Below are positions 28,989 to 41,756 of a DNA stretch of 48,606 bases, piece after piece. The stretch is from assembly GCA_013288305.1 (NCBI GenBank), contig JABDCD010000005.1:1-48606 (forward strand), given 5' to 3'. The DNA is from Alphaproteobacteria bacterium. Its GTDB lineage: Bacteria; Pseudomonadota; Alphaproteobacteria; Rickettsiales; SXRF01. Under the pieces are notes generated by a model. It was given only the letters and a program-made list of their open reading frames with translations. It had not been told where the DNA came from and searched no databases. The position numbers were made by a program, and so were the translations under genes. How positions within the stretch are numbered: the first letter of the stretch is position 1; each line of letters starts with the position of its first letter.

Positions 28989-30886
28989 TATTTCATTACC
29001 GATTCCAACGCGGCATCGTTGACCGACACCGAATATTTTTCGGCGAGGCTGCGCGTATATTGCTCAAGAATTTCGTTCTGCGCGCTTTCGGTCAGGTTGC
29101 GGCGGATGTCGGCCAGCGCGGCGGTGAGCTTGGCGTCTTTGTCCGGCGATGGGGCGGGGACGATGTTCCCCACTACGGCGATCGCATAGCTGCCGTCTTT
29201 GAGCGGGTAGGCGTTGGTGCTGTCCTGAGGCTTATGCGTAAATACATCGGCGGCGAGTTCCGGCGGCAGTGCGAGATCGCCGAGCGCGGTGCTGCTACGC
29301 ATGATCGCCCCGCCGGTAGCCGGTTTCAGGTTATATTTGGCGATGGCGGCGGCGCGGGCGGCAGGGTCGGAAAATTTCGCGGCGATGTCTTTGGCCAGCT
29401 GTGCCAAGCGCTTGTTGCGTTCCTCTTTTTGCCAGCCGGTGAGGGCCAATCCCCTGACTTCGTCCAGGGCGCGCAGGCGTTCGGGAATAACGCTGTCAAC
29501 GCGCAGAATATAGTAGCCGCCTTTGGCCGTCATCAGCGGCGATTCGGTTTTATCCTCGGCCTTGAAGGCGGCAACCAGGAATTTATCGAGGTTGGGAAGA
29601 GTAGGCTTGCTGCCATCCGGAGCGGCGCCCTGGCGGTCGATGGGGCCGATATGGCTGACCTTCAGCCCCAGTTCCTTTGCCGCTTCGGCCAGCGTCGCAC
29701 CGCCGGCCAGCGCGTCTTCCAGCTTGTTCGCGAGTGTGTTCAGGCCTGCGTCGGCATTGCGCTGCTTCAGGTCTTTTTCCAGCTGCGGGCGCACTTCCTC
29801 GAAGGGGGCGACGGAGGGCTCGTCGATGGCGCTGACATGAAAGATATGCCAGCCGAACGGGCTTTGTATCGGCGGCGTATGTTCGCCGACATGCAGCGAA
29901 AATACCGCATCGGCTGCATTCTGCAATACATTGCCGCGCTCCACCTTGCCCAGCGACAGCGCATTTTTATTGAGTACATCGGTTGTTTTTGCCACCTCGG
30001 CAATACTTTTTCCATTTTTAAGCAATAGCTCGGCGGCTTTGGCCTTATCTTCGGAAGCATAGAGCAATTGCTCGACACCGCGGCGCTCGGGATGCCTGAA
30101 TTCGTCGCCTCGTTCCTTGTAGGCGGCTTTCAAGGCATCTTCGGAAATCGCCGTGGCTAGCGCGTCGGCGCTGGTGACGGTGACGTAACTTAAGCTGCGA
30201 TATTCCGGCGCGGTGAATTCGCTTTTATGCGCGTCGTAATAGGCGGCAATCTGCGCATTGTCCGGCGGCGGCACATTTGCCGCCAGCGAGGGAGCCAGGG
30301 CATAAATCGTGACCGTGCGCTGCTCCTGGCGCGCATTATACAAGGTGCGGACGGCGGCATCCGGCACCGGCACGGCGCTGTCGATGGTGCCCAGCAGCAG
30401 GCCGGAGGCCATGTCCTGGCGCAGCTGGTCGACATAGGTTTTTTCCGAAATATTGCCGTTGCGCAGCGTCGCCTCGAAGCGCTGCTTGTCGAAATTGCCT
30501 TTGTCGTCCTGGAATGCCGGGTTGGCGCGGATGTGGCGCACCACTTCGGCGTCGCTCGGCACCAGCCCCAGCGACTGGCTTTCCAGTGCCAGCAGCTCGC
30601 GGTTAACCAGTTTCTGCAGCACCTGTTGCGGCAGATGGAGGGTTTTCAGCATCTCCGGCGAATAATTGTCGCCGAGGATGCGGCGGACATTCTCGGTTTC
30701 ACGGTGCAGGGCGCGGGCGAATTCATCGCCGCTGATGGCGCTGCCGCCGACGGTAGCGACGGTCACGTTGCGCCCCGGATGGCGCAGCATGTCGCCGATG
30801 CCCCATACGCCGAACGACAATACGAGCAAGCCCAGCAATATCTTAGCCGGCAGGCTGCCGCTTAGGGATCGAAATTGGTCAAGCAT
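28988..30886 (-). CDS. SurA N-terminal domain/PpiD-like peptidyl-prolyl isomerase chaperone
   Basis: LSFGVWGIGD, F..PEYRSL and SPFGWHIF motifs; tpiA-divergent, trpE-coupled synteny. Confidence 0.9.
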   Translation of the reverse strand: MLDQFRSLSGSLPAKILLGLLVLSFGVWGIGDMLRHPGRNVTVATVGGSAISGDEFARALHRETENVRRILGDNYSPEMLKTLHLPQQVLQKLVNRELLALESQSLGLVPSDAEVVRHIRANPAFQDDKGNFDKQRFEATLRNGNISEKTYVDQLRQDMASGLLLGTIDSAVPVPDAAVRTLYNARQEQRTVTIYALAPSLAANVPPPDNAQIAAYYDAHKSEFTAPEYRSLSYVTVTSADALATAISEDALKAAYKERGDEFRHPERRGVEQLLYASEDKAKAAELLLKNGKSIAEVAKTTDVLNKNALSLGKVERGNVLQNAADAVFSLHVGEHTPPIQSPFGWHIFHVSAIDEPSVAPFEEVRPQLEKDLKQRNADAGLNTLANKLEDALAGGATLAEAAKELGLKVSHIGPIDRQGAAPDGSKPTLPNLDKFLVAAFKAEDKTESPLMTAKGGYYILRVDSVIPERLRALDEVRGLALTGWQKEERNKRLAQLAKDIAAKFSDPAARAAAIAKYNLKPATGGAIMRSSTALGDLALPPELAADVFTHKPQDSTNAYPLKDGSYAIAVVGNIVPAPSPDKDAKLTAALADIRRNLTESAQNEILEQYTRSLAEKYSVSVNDAALESVMK

Positions 30887-30972
30887 AGAGAAGGCCTTGA
30901 TAAGGATTCGCGGGCAGAATTACATGGCAAATCATGATTGTAAAAGCATTTTTGATGGATTAATGGTGACGT

Positions 30973-31704
30973 ATGGGGAAAATCATCGTCGGCAACTGGA
31001 AAATGAACGTCGGGCCATTGGCGCAGGTTCGTGATTGGGCGCGCGCTATCTCGCTGCCTTCGGCGGTAGAAGTAGTATTAAGTCCTTCAACGCCGTTTCT
31101 AAGTACAGTATCTGCCGCGGTTGAGGGGACAAATGTCAAGGTGAGCGCCCAGGATTGTTCAAGCCAGCCGGAAGGCGCATTTACTGGTGATGTCAGCGCG
31201 TCCATGCTTAAGGACGTTGGTGTTTCTTATGTTATTATCGGGCATTCGGAGCGTCGGCAAGGACATGGCGAAACCAGCGATGACGTACGAAAAAAAGCGG
31301 CGCAGGCCATCAAAGCCGGCCTGATTCCCATTATCTGCATTGGAGAAAGCGAGCAGGAACGCACCCAGGGCAAAGCTATGGATGTGGTAAGGAAGCAGGT
31401 CATGGAATCTATTCCCGATGAGGCCACAAAAGGCAAAATTCTCCTTGCATATGAGCCGGTTTGGGCTATTGGTTCGGGGAAAACGCCAAGCGCTGATGAC
31501 ATAAGGCAAATGCACGGGCATATACTATCGGTTGCGGCGCAGCGGACAGGGCTTGCGCCGGAGCGGATTTCCGTGTTGTATGGCGGGTCAGTCAAGGCTG
31601 ACAATGCCGCTGGGATTATGGCTGTGCCCGGAGTGGCGGGCGTATTGGTCGGCGGGGCTAGTTTGAAGTTGGAGGAGTTTAATTCAATCCTGCGAGCCGC
31701 ATAG
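30973..31704 (+). CDS. tpiA: triosephosphate isomerase
   Basis: GNWKMN, IIGHSERR, AYEPVWAIG, YGGSV and LVGGASL motifs. Confidence 0.97.
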   Translation: MGKIIVGNWKMNVGPLAQVRDWARAISLPSAVEVVLSPSTPFLSTVSAAVEGTNVKVSAQDCSSQPEGAFTGDVSASMLKDVGVSYVIIGHSERRQGHGETSDDVRKKAAQAIKAGLIPIICIGESEQERTQGKAMDVVRKQVMESIPDEATKGKILLAYEPVWAIGSGKTPSADDIRQMHGHILSVAAQRTGLAPERISVLYGGSVKADNAAGIMAVPGVAGVLVGGASLKLEEFNSILRAA

Positions 31705-31762
31705 CGGCTGCGCAGGATCCAAACCAGATCCTGTGCAGATGCTTCGCATCTCACAGGATTAA
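31683..31762. repeat. palindromic element, ATCCTG family, copy 2 (overlaps the tpiA stop)
   Basis: atcctgcgagccgc-ata-gcggctgcgcaggat ... atcctgtgcagatgc-ttc-gcatctcacaggat. Confidence 0.9.
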
Positions 31763-31773
31763 AAGAGGGCAAT

Positions 31774-32148
31774 ATGTATACAATATTACTCGTCACCCAC
31801 AGCATCATCGTGCTGTTTTTGATCGCCATGGTGCTGATCCAACGCACCGATTCCGACGGCATGGGCGGCCTCGGCGGCGGCGGGGGCAACCAGTTCCTGA
31901 CCGGCCGCGCGCAGGCCAATCTGCTGACGCGCACCACGGCCATCCTTGCTGTCGCCTTCATGGTGACCAGCCTCGTCCTCGCCGTCATGGCCAGCCGCAT
32001 GACCGGTGGGTCGATTATTGATTCAACACCCACTGAGCAGAGCGTACCATTAGAGAATAAGGCAACGGAGAGTGTCCCGGAAGTGCCAAAAGCGAAAATA
32101 ATGGAAAAAGCACCGGCAAAAACGCCCGCGGTGCCCAAGCCGGAGTGA
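31774..32148 (+). CDS. secG: preprotein translocase subunit SecG
   Basis: VLIQR..GMGGLGGG and NLLTRTTAILA motifs; synteny. Confidence 0.95.
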   Translation: MYTILLVTHSIIVLFLIAMVLIQRTDSDGMGGLGGGGGNQFLTGRAQANLLTRTTAILAVAFMVTSLVLAVMASRMTGGSIIDSTPTEQSVPLENKATESVPEVPKAKIMEKAPAKTPAVPKPE

Positions 32149-32156
32149 CAGAGTAA

Positions 32157-34675
<2,519 letters not shown>

Positions 34676-34925
34676 ACGCCTTTTATACCGATTCGTACCT
34701 GTTTCGACCCGTTTCGCACCTGTTTTAACACGTTTCGCACCACTCATGACGCGCGTGTATTTATATATTTCGGCATCTTATGCATTTTTGTGTCTCCTTA
34801 TCCCGTTTTTATTGACATTTATTGACATTTTTAACCAATTATTTACCAACGGAAGCACGCAGATTGTCCACCGCCAAAATTCTTTCATGGCTCAAGCATA
34901 ACGCGGGTTTGTGTGGTCGGGAAGT
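34676..34925 (-). repeat. composite intergenic element, copy 2
   Basis: Same modules and order as 4940-5228. Confidence 0.65.
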
Positions 34926-34964
34926 GGGAATTTTACTGGAGACGAACCCGGCGGGAATCATCAT

Positions 34965-35501
34965 CTATCTGCCATTTTTGCCATTGCCATTTACACCATT
35001 TACAGGGTGATGATGGCCATTTCTGCGCGGGTCAACCAAGCTTTCCAGTAATTGATCTGCATGATCTTTAGCTGTATTATATTTGCGATATGCGCTTTGG
35101 AAGGCTTCAACCAAAGAAATCAGTGTATTTGCACTGATAAGAACACGTTCGTCTGCGGGACTTTTTCCGATAACGATGTTACGGGATTTGACGAATTCCT
35201 CGCATTGTTGAGCAAGAAGGGCGAGTTCGGCTTCTTTGCCGCCGCCGGATACATATTGATTAGTCCTGTCATGTAGCTGTGCGTACTTTTCGCCAGCAGC
35301 GTTTCCATCGAATGTTGAAGCTATTCGTCCGGCTTCTTTGCCCAGCAGTACCAGCGCTTCAACCATCGGCAAATAGCTGGGATCGTCCTGGAGGGGAATG
35401 GCGTGAAGATTTGCAGAATGGTTTTTGCTATCGCCGTTGTTCAGATGTCTGGTAAAACGACCATTTTTCGTCGGTACATACCTTATTTCCGTGTTGCGCA
35501 T
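34965..35501 (-). CDS. hypothetical protein, low GC orphan
   Basis: 178 aa; follows 35524-35997 on the same strand. Confidence 0.65.
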   Translation of the reverse strand: MRNTEIRYVPTKNGRFTRHLNNGDSKNHSANLHAIPLQDDPSYLPMVEALVLLGKEAGRIASTFDGNAAGEKYAQLHDRTNQYVSGGGKEAELALLAQQCEEFVKSRNIVIGKSPADERVLISANTLISLVEAFQSAYRKYNTAKDHADQLLESLVDPRRNGHHHPVNGVNGNGKNGR

Positions 35502-35523
35502 AACGTTTCCGGTAAACTGTTTT

Positions 35524-35997
35524 TTACTTATCTTTATATTCTTTACACCGCATTAAAAACCCCTGCAACGCGTTTTCAAACATGCCGCAGGTACGGGTCA
35601 TTTTTTCGTCCTGGATGCCGACCAGCTGGCTGCGGCAGCTTTTAAGCGCGTCCTGGCACACCTGCGCCAGCATGTCGGCGGCATTTTCCAGCACCGGGTG
35701 GAAGATGGATTCATCATCGGCGCGGCGGCGGTAATGATGATGGAAATGCCGCGGGCCTTTATATTCCGCCAGCGCCAGCGAGACCGGCTTGGCGATGTTC
35801 ATCAGCCGCTGCTGCCAGTAAAGATGCTCGGTATCGCGCCGCCCTTCGGCGTATTCGCTGTCGAGGATGCGCATACAGGCGTTTTCCAGCGACAGCAGCG
35901 AGACCTGAAATTGATGTTCATCCGCGGAGGCGACGCCCGCCTCAGCCGATAATGCCGGTTGCTTTTTCCGGGCTTTCGTGCCAACAGAAGTGTTCAT
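35524..35997 (-). CDS. hypothetical helical protein
   Basis: GGAG RBS before ATG 35997; host-like codon usage. The longer track ORF overlaps eno. Confidence 0.7.
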   Translation of the reverse strand: MNTSVGTKARKKQPALSAEAGVASADEHQFQVSLLSLENACMRILDSEYAEGRRDTEHLYWQQRLMNIAKPVSLALAEYKGPRHFHHHYRRRADDESIFHPVLENAADMLAQVCQDALKSCRSQLVGIQDEKMTRTCGMFENALQGFLMRCKEYKDK

Positions 35998-36064
35998 ATA
36001 CGCTCCACTTGTCTGTGATACTCTATTAAAATTATAGACCAGAATGCGCCCATGTGCCAGATAA

Positions 36065-37411
<1,347 letters not shown>

Positions 37412-37438
37412 TGAAATTCCGCTATTCTCATCGGTTAT

Positions 37439-37768
37439 ATGAGCAAATATGCCTCTCATTATGAAACACACCGCCCGTTCGTCAAGCGGGTCACCGGGCC
37501 GCTTTTCCTGGTGTTTGCTTTGTTTTACTTATGTTTCCACGCCGTCAGCGGCGAGCGCGGGCTGTTCGCCTGGTTCAGCGAAAACCGCAAACTGGAAACG
37601 CTCAAGGCCGAGCTGGCCGAGGTGGCGGCGCGGCGCCAGGCGCTGGACCGCAAAGTGAAAGGCCTCAGTGATAATTCCCTCGATCTTGACCTGCTCGACG
37701 AACAAGCCCGCCGCGAACTTGGCATGGCCGGTAAGGGTGAAACAGTCTATTTTACGGACGGCCGATAA
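37439..37768 (+). CDS. ftsB: septum formation initiator (FtsB/DivIC)
   Basis: Transmembrane helix, GERGL, coiled coil, LDLDLLDEQARRELG; eno-ftsB-pdhA synteny. Confidence 0.9.
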   Translation: MSKYASHYETHRPFVKRVTGPLFLVFALFYLCFHAVSGERGLFAWFSENRKLETLKAELAEVAARRQALDRKVKGLSDNSLDLDLLDEQARRELGMAGKGETVYFTDGR

Positions 37769-37784
37769 GCAGCTGGGCGTCAGC

Positions 37785-38495
37785 TTAGAGTGACCTTGGC
37801 GCTGCCTGCCAACGCGCCGTCGTAGGCGTTTCCCATTCTTGTTTTGGGACATTGTGCAGCGACGTTTTGAGATTTTGGAACGCCGCTATTCCGGCGGCAT
37901 TGCAGTGTGCAGGTTTGACGATAAGCGAAACGGTATCCGACCCTATAATCACATTGCTGCTTTCCTCTTCACTTTGCTTCCTTGCTATATTGGCTTTGAC
38001 TGTTTTCAGGATGCCGGAATCCTCGATTTTTTCAGCTAGCGCAGTCATGACCTGCTGCGCTGTCATTTCAATTCGCTCTGGTTCTCCCTCTGTTTTAAGT
38101 TTGACGCTCCATTTTGTAGGATAGGTTTTACCATCGCTTTTAATAATAAATCTTGGGATTTCCAGACGGATGATCGGGACAACTATAGTTTCATCCTTAT
38201 TTTTTATTTTTATTTTATTTTCCCGCCAACGACTTCCTATAGAAGATTCAGGGCTTTTAAGTGGCTCCATGATCTTCATAATTTCCGCGTTTATTTTTGC
38301 GCCGGAGGATCTTGTCTCTCTTGAGGTTAGATCCAGTTTGTTAGATTTGGTTGATTTGAGCGCCAAATCTGAATTGGAATTTGGCTTACCCTGATCTAAT
38401 GCGCTGTCTGAACCACTTATCTCACTGCCTGTTCCACCAGCCAAATCGACTCCTGAATCTTCAGTTGCTGGATCGTTTTTATTATGTCCTACCAT
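37785..38495 (-). CDS. hypothetical protein, low GC orphan
   Basis: AGGAG RBS before ATG 38495; 236 aa; low-complexity N-terminus. Confidence 0.7.
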   Translation of the reverse strand: MVGHNKNDPATEDSGVDLAGGTGSEISGSDSALDQGKPNSNSDLALKSTKSNKLDLTSRETRSSGAKINAEIMKIMEPLKSPESSIGSRWRENKIKIKNKDETIVVPIIRLEIPRFIIKSDGKTYPTKWSVKLKTEGEPERIEMTAQQVMTALAEKIEDSGILKTVKANIARKQSEEESSNVIIGSDTVSLIVKPAHCNAAGIAAFQNLKTSLHNVPKQEWETPTTARWQAAPRSL

Positions 38496-38729
38496 ATAGA
38501 TACTCCTGCCCTTATTTTCTGCCCCCACCTTAGCATAAAATGGATACGATATCAATATCATTAATAAAAAGTAAACCGACGGCTTTTCGGCTTTTTATAC
38601 ATAGTGTAATCGTGCCCTCGGCTTTTCTTTTTACGCTGCACCGCAGCAATTTCTCCCCCATTAAACGCTTGCAAAAACTGCCGCTTCTGGTGTTTATTGC
38701 TGCGTTCTTATGCTATAATCGAGGATGCC

Positions 38730-39749
38730 ATGCCCAAGCCCGCAAGCAAATTGACCGAGGAACGCGTGACCCCCATGACCGGCGCCCGCCCGCAACCCAA
38801 GGAACTGCTGCTGAAGCTTTACCGCGACATGCTGATGATCCGGCGTTTCGAGGAGAAGGCGGGGCAGCTGTACGGCATGGGGCTGGTCGGCGGGTTTTGC
38901 CATCTGTATATCGGGCAGGAGGCGGTGGTGGTGGGGATGCAAAGCTGCATTTCGTCCGATGACGCCGTTATCACCAGCTACCGCGACCATGGCCACATGC
39001 TGGCCTGCGGCATGGACCCCAAGGGCATCATGGCCGAGCTCACCGGCCGCATCGACGGGTTTTCCAAGGGCAAGGGCGGGTCGATGCACATGTTCTCGAC
39101 CGAAAAGCATTTCTACGGCGGCCACGGCATCGTCGGCGCGCAGGTGCCGCTGGGCACCGGCATCGCGTTTGCCCATAAATACCGTGATAATGGCCGCCTG
39201 AGCCTGACCTATCTCGGCGACGGCGCTATCAATCAGGGGCAGGTCTACGAATCGTTCAACATGGCTTCCTTATGGAAACTGCCGGTGATCTACATCATCG
39301 AGAATAACGAATACGCCATGGGCACCTCGACCAAGCGCAGCCATGCCACCACCGAATTATTCCGCCGCGGCGAGGGCTTCGCTATTCCAGGCAAAAAGGT
39401 AGACGGTATGGACGTGCTGGCCGTGCGCGAAGCCGGGCTGGAAGCGGTCAAATTCGTGCGCGGGGGGGGCGGGCCGTTTTTGCTGGAGATGAAAACCTAC
39501 CGCTACCGCGGCCACTCCATGTCCGACCCGGCCAAATACCGCAGCAAGGAGGAAGTCGAGGATTATAAGGAGCATCATGATCCGATTGAGGGGCTGAAAA
39601 CGCGCATGGTTGGGGATAAAATTGTAAAGGACGAGGAATTAAAAACCATCGAAACCGACATTAAGAAAATTGTGGCCGAAGCCGCGGAATTCGGACAGCA
39701 ATCGCCGGAGCCGCCGGAGAGCGAATTGTGGACGGATGTGACGATATAA
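38730..39749 (+). CDS. pdhA: pyruvate dehydrogenase E1 alpha
   Basis: GFCHLYIGQEA, GDGAINQGQ and TYRYRGHSMSDP motifs; TGcTATAAT upstream. Confidence 0.97.
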   Translation: MPKPASKLTEERVTPMTGARPQPKELLLKLYRDMLMIRRFEEKAGQLYGMGLVGGFCHLYIGQEAVVVGMQSCISSDDAVITSYRDHGHMLACGMDPKGIMAELTGRIDGFSKGKGGSMHMFSTEKHFYGGHGIVGAQVPLGTGIAFAHKYRDNGRLSLTYLGDGAINQGQVYESFNMASLWKLPVIYIIENNEYAMGTSTKRSHATTELFRRGEGFAIPGKKVDGMDVLAVREAGLEAVKFVRGGGGPFLLEMKTYRYRGHSMSDPAKYRSKEEVEDYKEHHDPIEGLKTRMVGDKIVKDEELKTIETDIKKIVAEAAEFGQQSPEPPESELWTDVTI

Positions 39750-39789
39750 GTTTGTCAAACCTATGCAGCAAACTATTTGAGAAGTCTCT

Positions 39790-39930
39790 ATGCGTTTCAT
39801 ATGTGCATTAGCCATGTTGTTTAGCTTGAGCGGTTGCTACTGCGTGCCGGACAAGGGAGACCCCGGCATCGGCCAGGAAGGCTATTTCAGCGGCTGCTGG
39901 GCGGAAGCGAGTAAGAATAAAGGAAATTGA
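39790..39930 (+). CDS. small lipoprotein (46 aa)
   Basis: MRFICALAMLFSLSG|CYCVPDKGDPGIGQEGYFSGCWAEASKNKGN; LSGC lipobox. Confidence 0.6.
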   Translation: MRFICALAMLFSLSGCYCVPDKGDPGIGQEGYFSGCWAEASKNKGN

Positions 39931-39953
39931 TATGGCGAAACCGGCGGCATCCT

Positions 39954-40205
39954 ATGAATAGCCGAAAATTGCTGGTCAAGTTGCTTGCGGGGCATTTCCA
40001 GAATGTCCGCTTCGGCGATTTTCAGGAATTGCTGGAGGATTTTGGGTTTTATTTATCGAGGGTTTCGGGCAGTCATCACATCTATACACATGAGGGTATT
40101 CACGATATTATCAATATTCAGAACGTCAAGGGACAGGCAAAACCCTATCAGATTCGGCAGGCGTTGAAGCTGGTCGAGTTGCATAATTTGAGTTTGGAGG
40201 AGTAA
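39954..40205 (+). CDS. hicA: HicA family toxin
   Basis: FGF..SRVSGSHHIYTH and AKPYQIRQ motifs. Confidence 0.88.
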   Translation: MNSRKLLVKLLAGHFQNVRFGDFQELLEDFGFYLSRVSGSHHIYTHEGIHDIINIQNVKGQAKPYQIRQALKLVELHNLSLEE

Positions 40206-40430
40206 ATGAAAGACTATCACATCAATATTTTCTACAGCGACGAGGATGGCGGCTATATTGCCGATATTCCCGATCTGGCCGGCTGCTCTGCCTTTGGCGA
40301 TACGGCGGAGGACGCATTGCATGAGGTGGAAAAGGCAAAGAAATCATGGCTTGAGGTGGCAAAAAAGCGCAAGCACAAAGCGCCCACGCCGCATTATCGT
40401 CCTGTGATTTATCAACTCCCAGCCTATTAA
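40206..40430 (+). CDS. hicB: HicB family antitoxin (short)
   Basis: [25 protein letters not shown] motif. Confidence 0.88.
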   Translation: MKDYHINIFYSDEDGGYIADIPDLAGCSAFGDTAEDALHEVEKAKKSWLEVAKKRKHKAPTPHYRPVIYQLPAY

Positions 40431-40434
40431 ACCT

Positions 40435-41421
40435 ATGCCCGCACAAACCGTACGCGATGCTTTAAGAGACGCCATGGCCGAGGAGATGCGGCGCGATGGC
40501 GAAGTGTTTGTCATGGGCGAGGAAGTCGCCGAGTATCAGGGCGCGTATAAGGTGACGCAGGGGTTGCTGCAGGAATTCGGGCCGCGTCGCGTCGTCGATA
40601 CGCCGATTACCGAGCATGGGTTTGCGGGCTTGGGCGTCGGCGCGGCGATGATGGGGTTGAAACCCGTCGTCGAATTCATGACGTGGAATTTCGCCATGCA
40701 GGCCATCGACCAGCTGATCAATTCCGCCGCCAAGACCGCCTATATGTCCGGCGGCCAGATCAAATGCCCGATTGTGTTTCGCGGGCCGAACGGCGCGGCG
40801 TCGCGCGTCGGCGCGCAGCATTCGCAGTGCTATGCCTCGTGGTACGCGCATGTGCCCGGCCTCAAGGTCATCGCGCCCTATTCGGCGGCGGACGCCAAAG
40901 GCTTGCTCAAAGCGGCCATCCGCGATCCGAACCCGGTGATATTTCTGGAAAACGAAATCCTCTACGGCGAGAAGTTCGATGTGCCGGAAGGCGATGAAAT
41001 AGTGGAAATCGGCAAAGCTGCCGTTGTGCGCGAGGGCAGCGATGTGACGATTGTCGCATTTTCGATCATGGTCGGCAAAGCCTTGGCGGCGGCGGAGCAA
41101 CTGGCGGCGGAGGGTATCAACGCCGAGGTGATCGATTTGCGCACGCTGCGCCCGCTCGATACGGAAACCATCATCGAGTCGGTGAAAAAAACCAACCGCT
41201 GCGTCTCGGTCGAAGAAGGTTGGCCGGCGGCGGGCATGGGTTCCGAAATCGCTGCCATCATCATGGAGCAGGCGTTCGATTATCTCGATGCGCCGGTTGC
41301 GCGCGTCGCCGGCGCCGACGTCCCGCTGCCTTATGCGGCTAACCTGGAGAAGCTGGCGCTGCCGCAGGTACAGCATATTATTGAGGCGGCGAAGCAGGTG
41401 TGTTATAAGTCGACGGCATGA
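40435..41421 (+). CDS. pdhB: pyruvate dehydrogenase E1 beta (no lipoyl domain)
   Basis: [21 protein letters not shown] and [17 protein letters not shown] motifs. Confidence 0.97.
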   Translation: MPAQTVRDALRDAMAEEMRRDGEVFVMGEEVAEYQGAYKVTQGLLQEFGPRRVVDTPITEHGFAGLGVGAAMMGLKPVVEFMTWNFAMQAIDQLINSAAKTAYMSGGQIKCPIVFRGPNGAASRVGAQHSQCYASWYAHVPGLKVIAPYSAADAKGLLKAAIRDPNPVIFLENEILYGEKFDVPEGDEIVEIGKAAVVREGSDVTIVAFSIMVGKALAAAEQLAAEGINAEVIDLRTLRPLDTETIIESVKKTNRCVSVEEGWPAAGMGSEIAAIIMEQAFDYLDAPVARVAGADVPLPYAANLEKLALPQVQHIIEAAKQVCYKSTA

Positions 41422-41753
41422 CCTACATCATCAAAATCCTGTTGACCGTGTTGCTGGTGATCTCCTCTGCCGAGGTGGCCAAGCGGTTTCCGGCGCTGGG
41501 AGCAATGATTATCGCGTTGCCGCTGGCCTCGATGATAGCGATGAGCTTTCTCTATTACGATACCGGAGACGCCGCCAGGGTCGGCCAGTTCGCCCGCGCC
41601 ATCCCGCCGATGCTGGTTCCAACCATACTCTTTTTCTACGCTTTCGCGTTTTTAGTTGAATACAAGGTCGGGTTTGTTATGGCTATGCTGGTAGCTGCGG
41701 CGATTATGCTGGGCGGATACGGTTTGTTTATCTATGTAATGCGTGGATTATAA
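41418..41753 (+). CDS. small multi-pass membrane protein (DUF3147-like)
   Basis: SEVAKR-like and ALPLAS motifs, four hydrophobic segments; 4-bp overlap with pdhB. Confidence 0.75.
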   Translation: MTYIIKILLTVLLVISSAEVAKRFPALGAMIIALPLASMIAMSFLYYDTGDAARVGQFARAIPPMLVPTILFFYAFAFLVEYKVGFVMAMLVAAAIMLGGYGLFIYVMRGL

Positions 41754-41756
41754 ATT

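Noticed and set aside
34676-34745. Short repeat arrays as CRISPR or iterons
   Set aside because: Units are degenerate and contiguous, with no unique spacers and no cas or rep gene nearby.
40435-41421. PdhB lacking a lipoyl domain as a truncation caused by hicAB
   Set aside because: Lipoyl-less E1 beta is a normal form, including in Rickettsiales; the catalytic part is complete.
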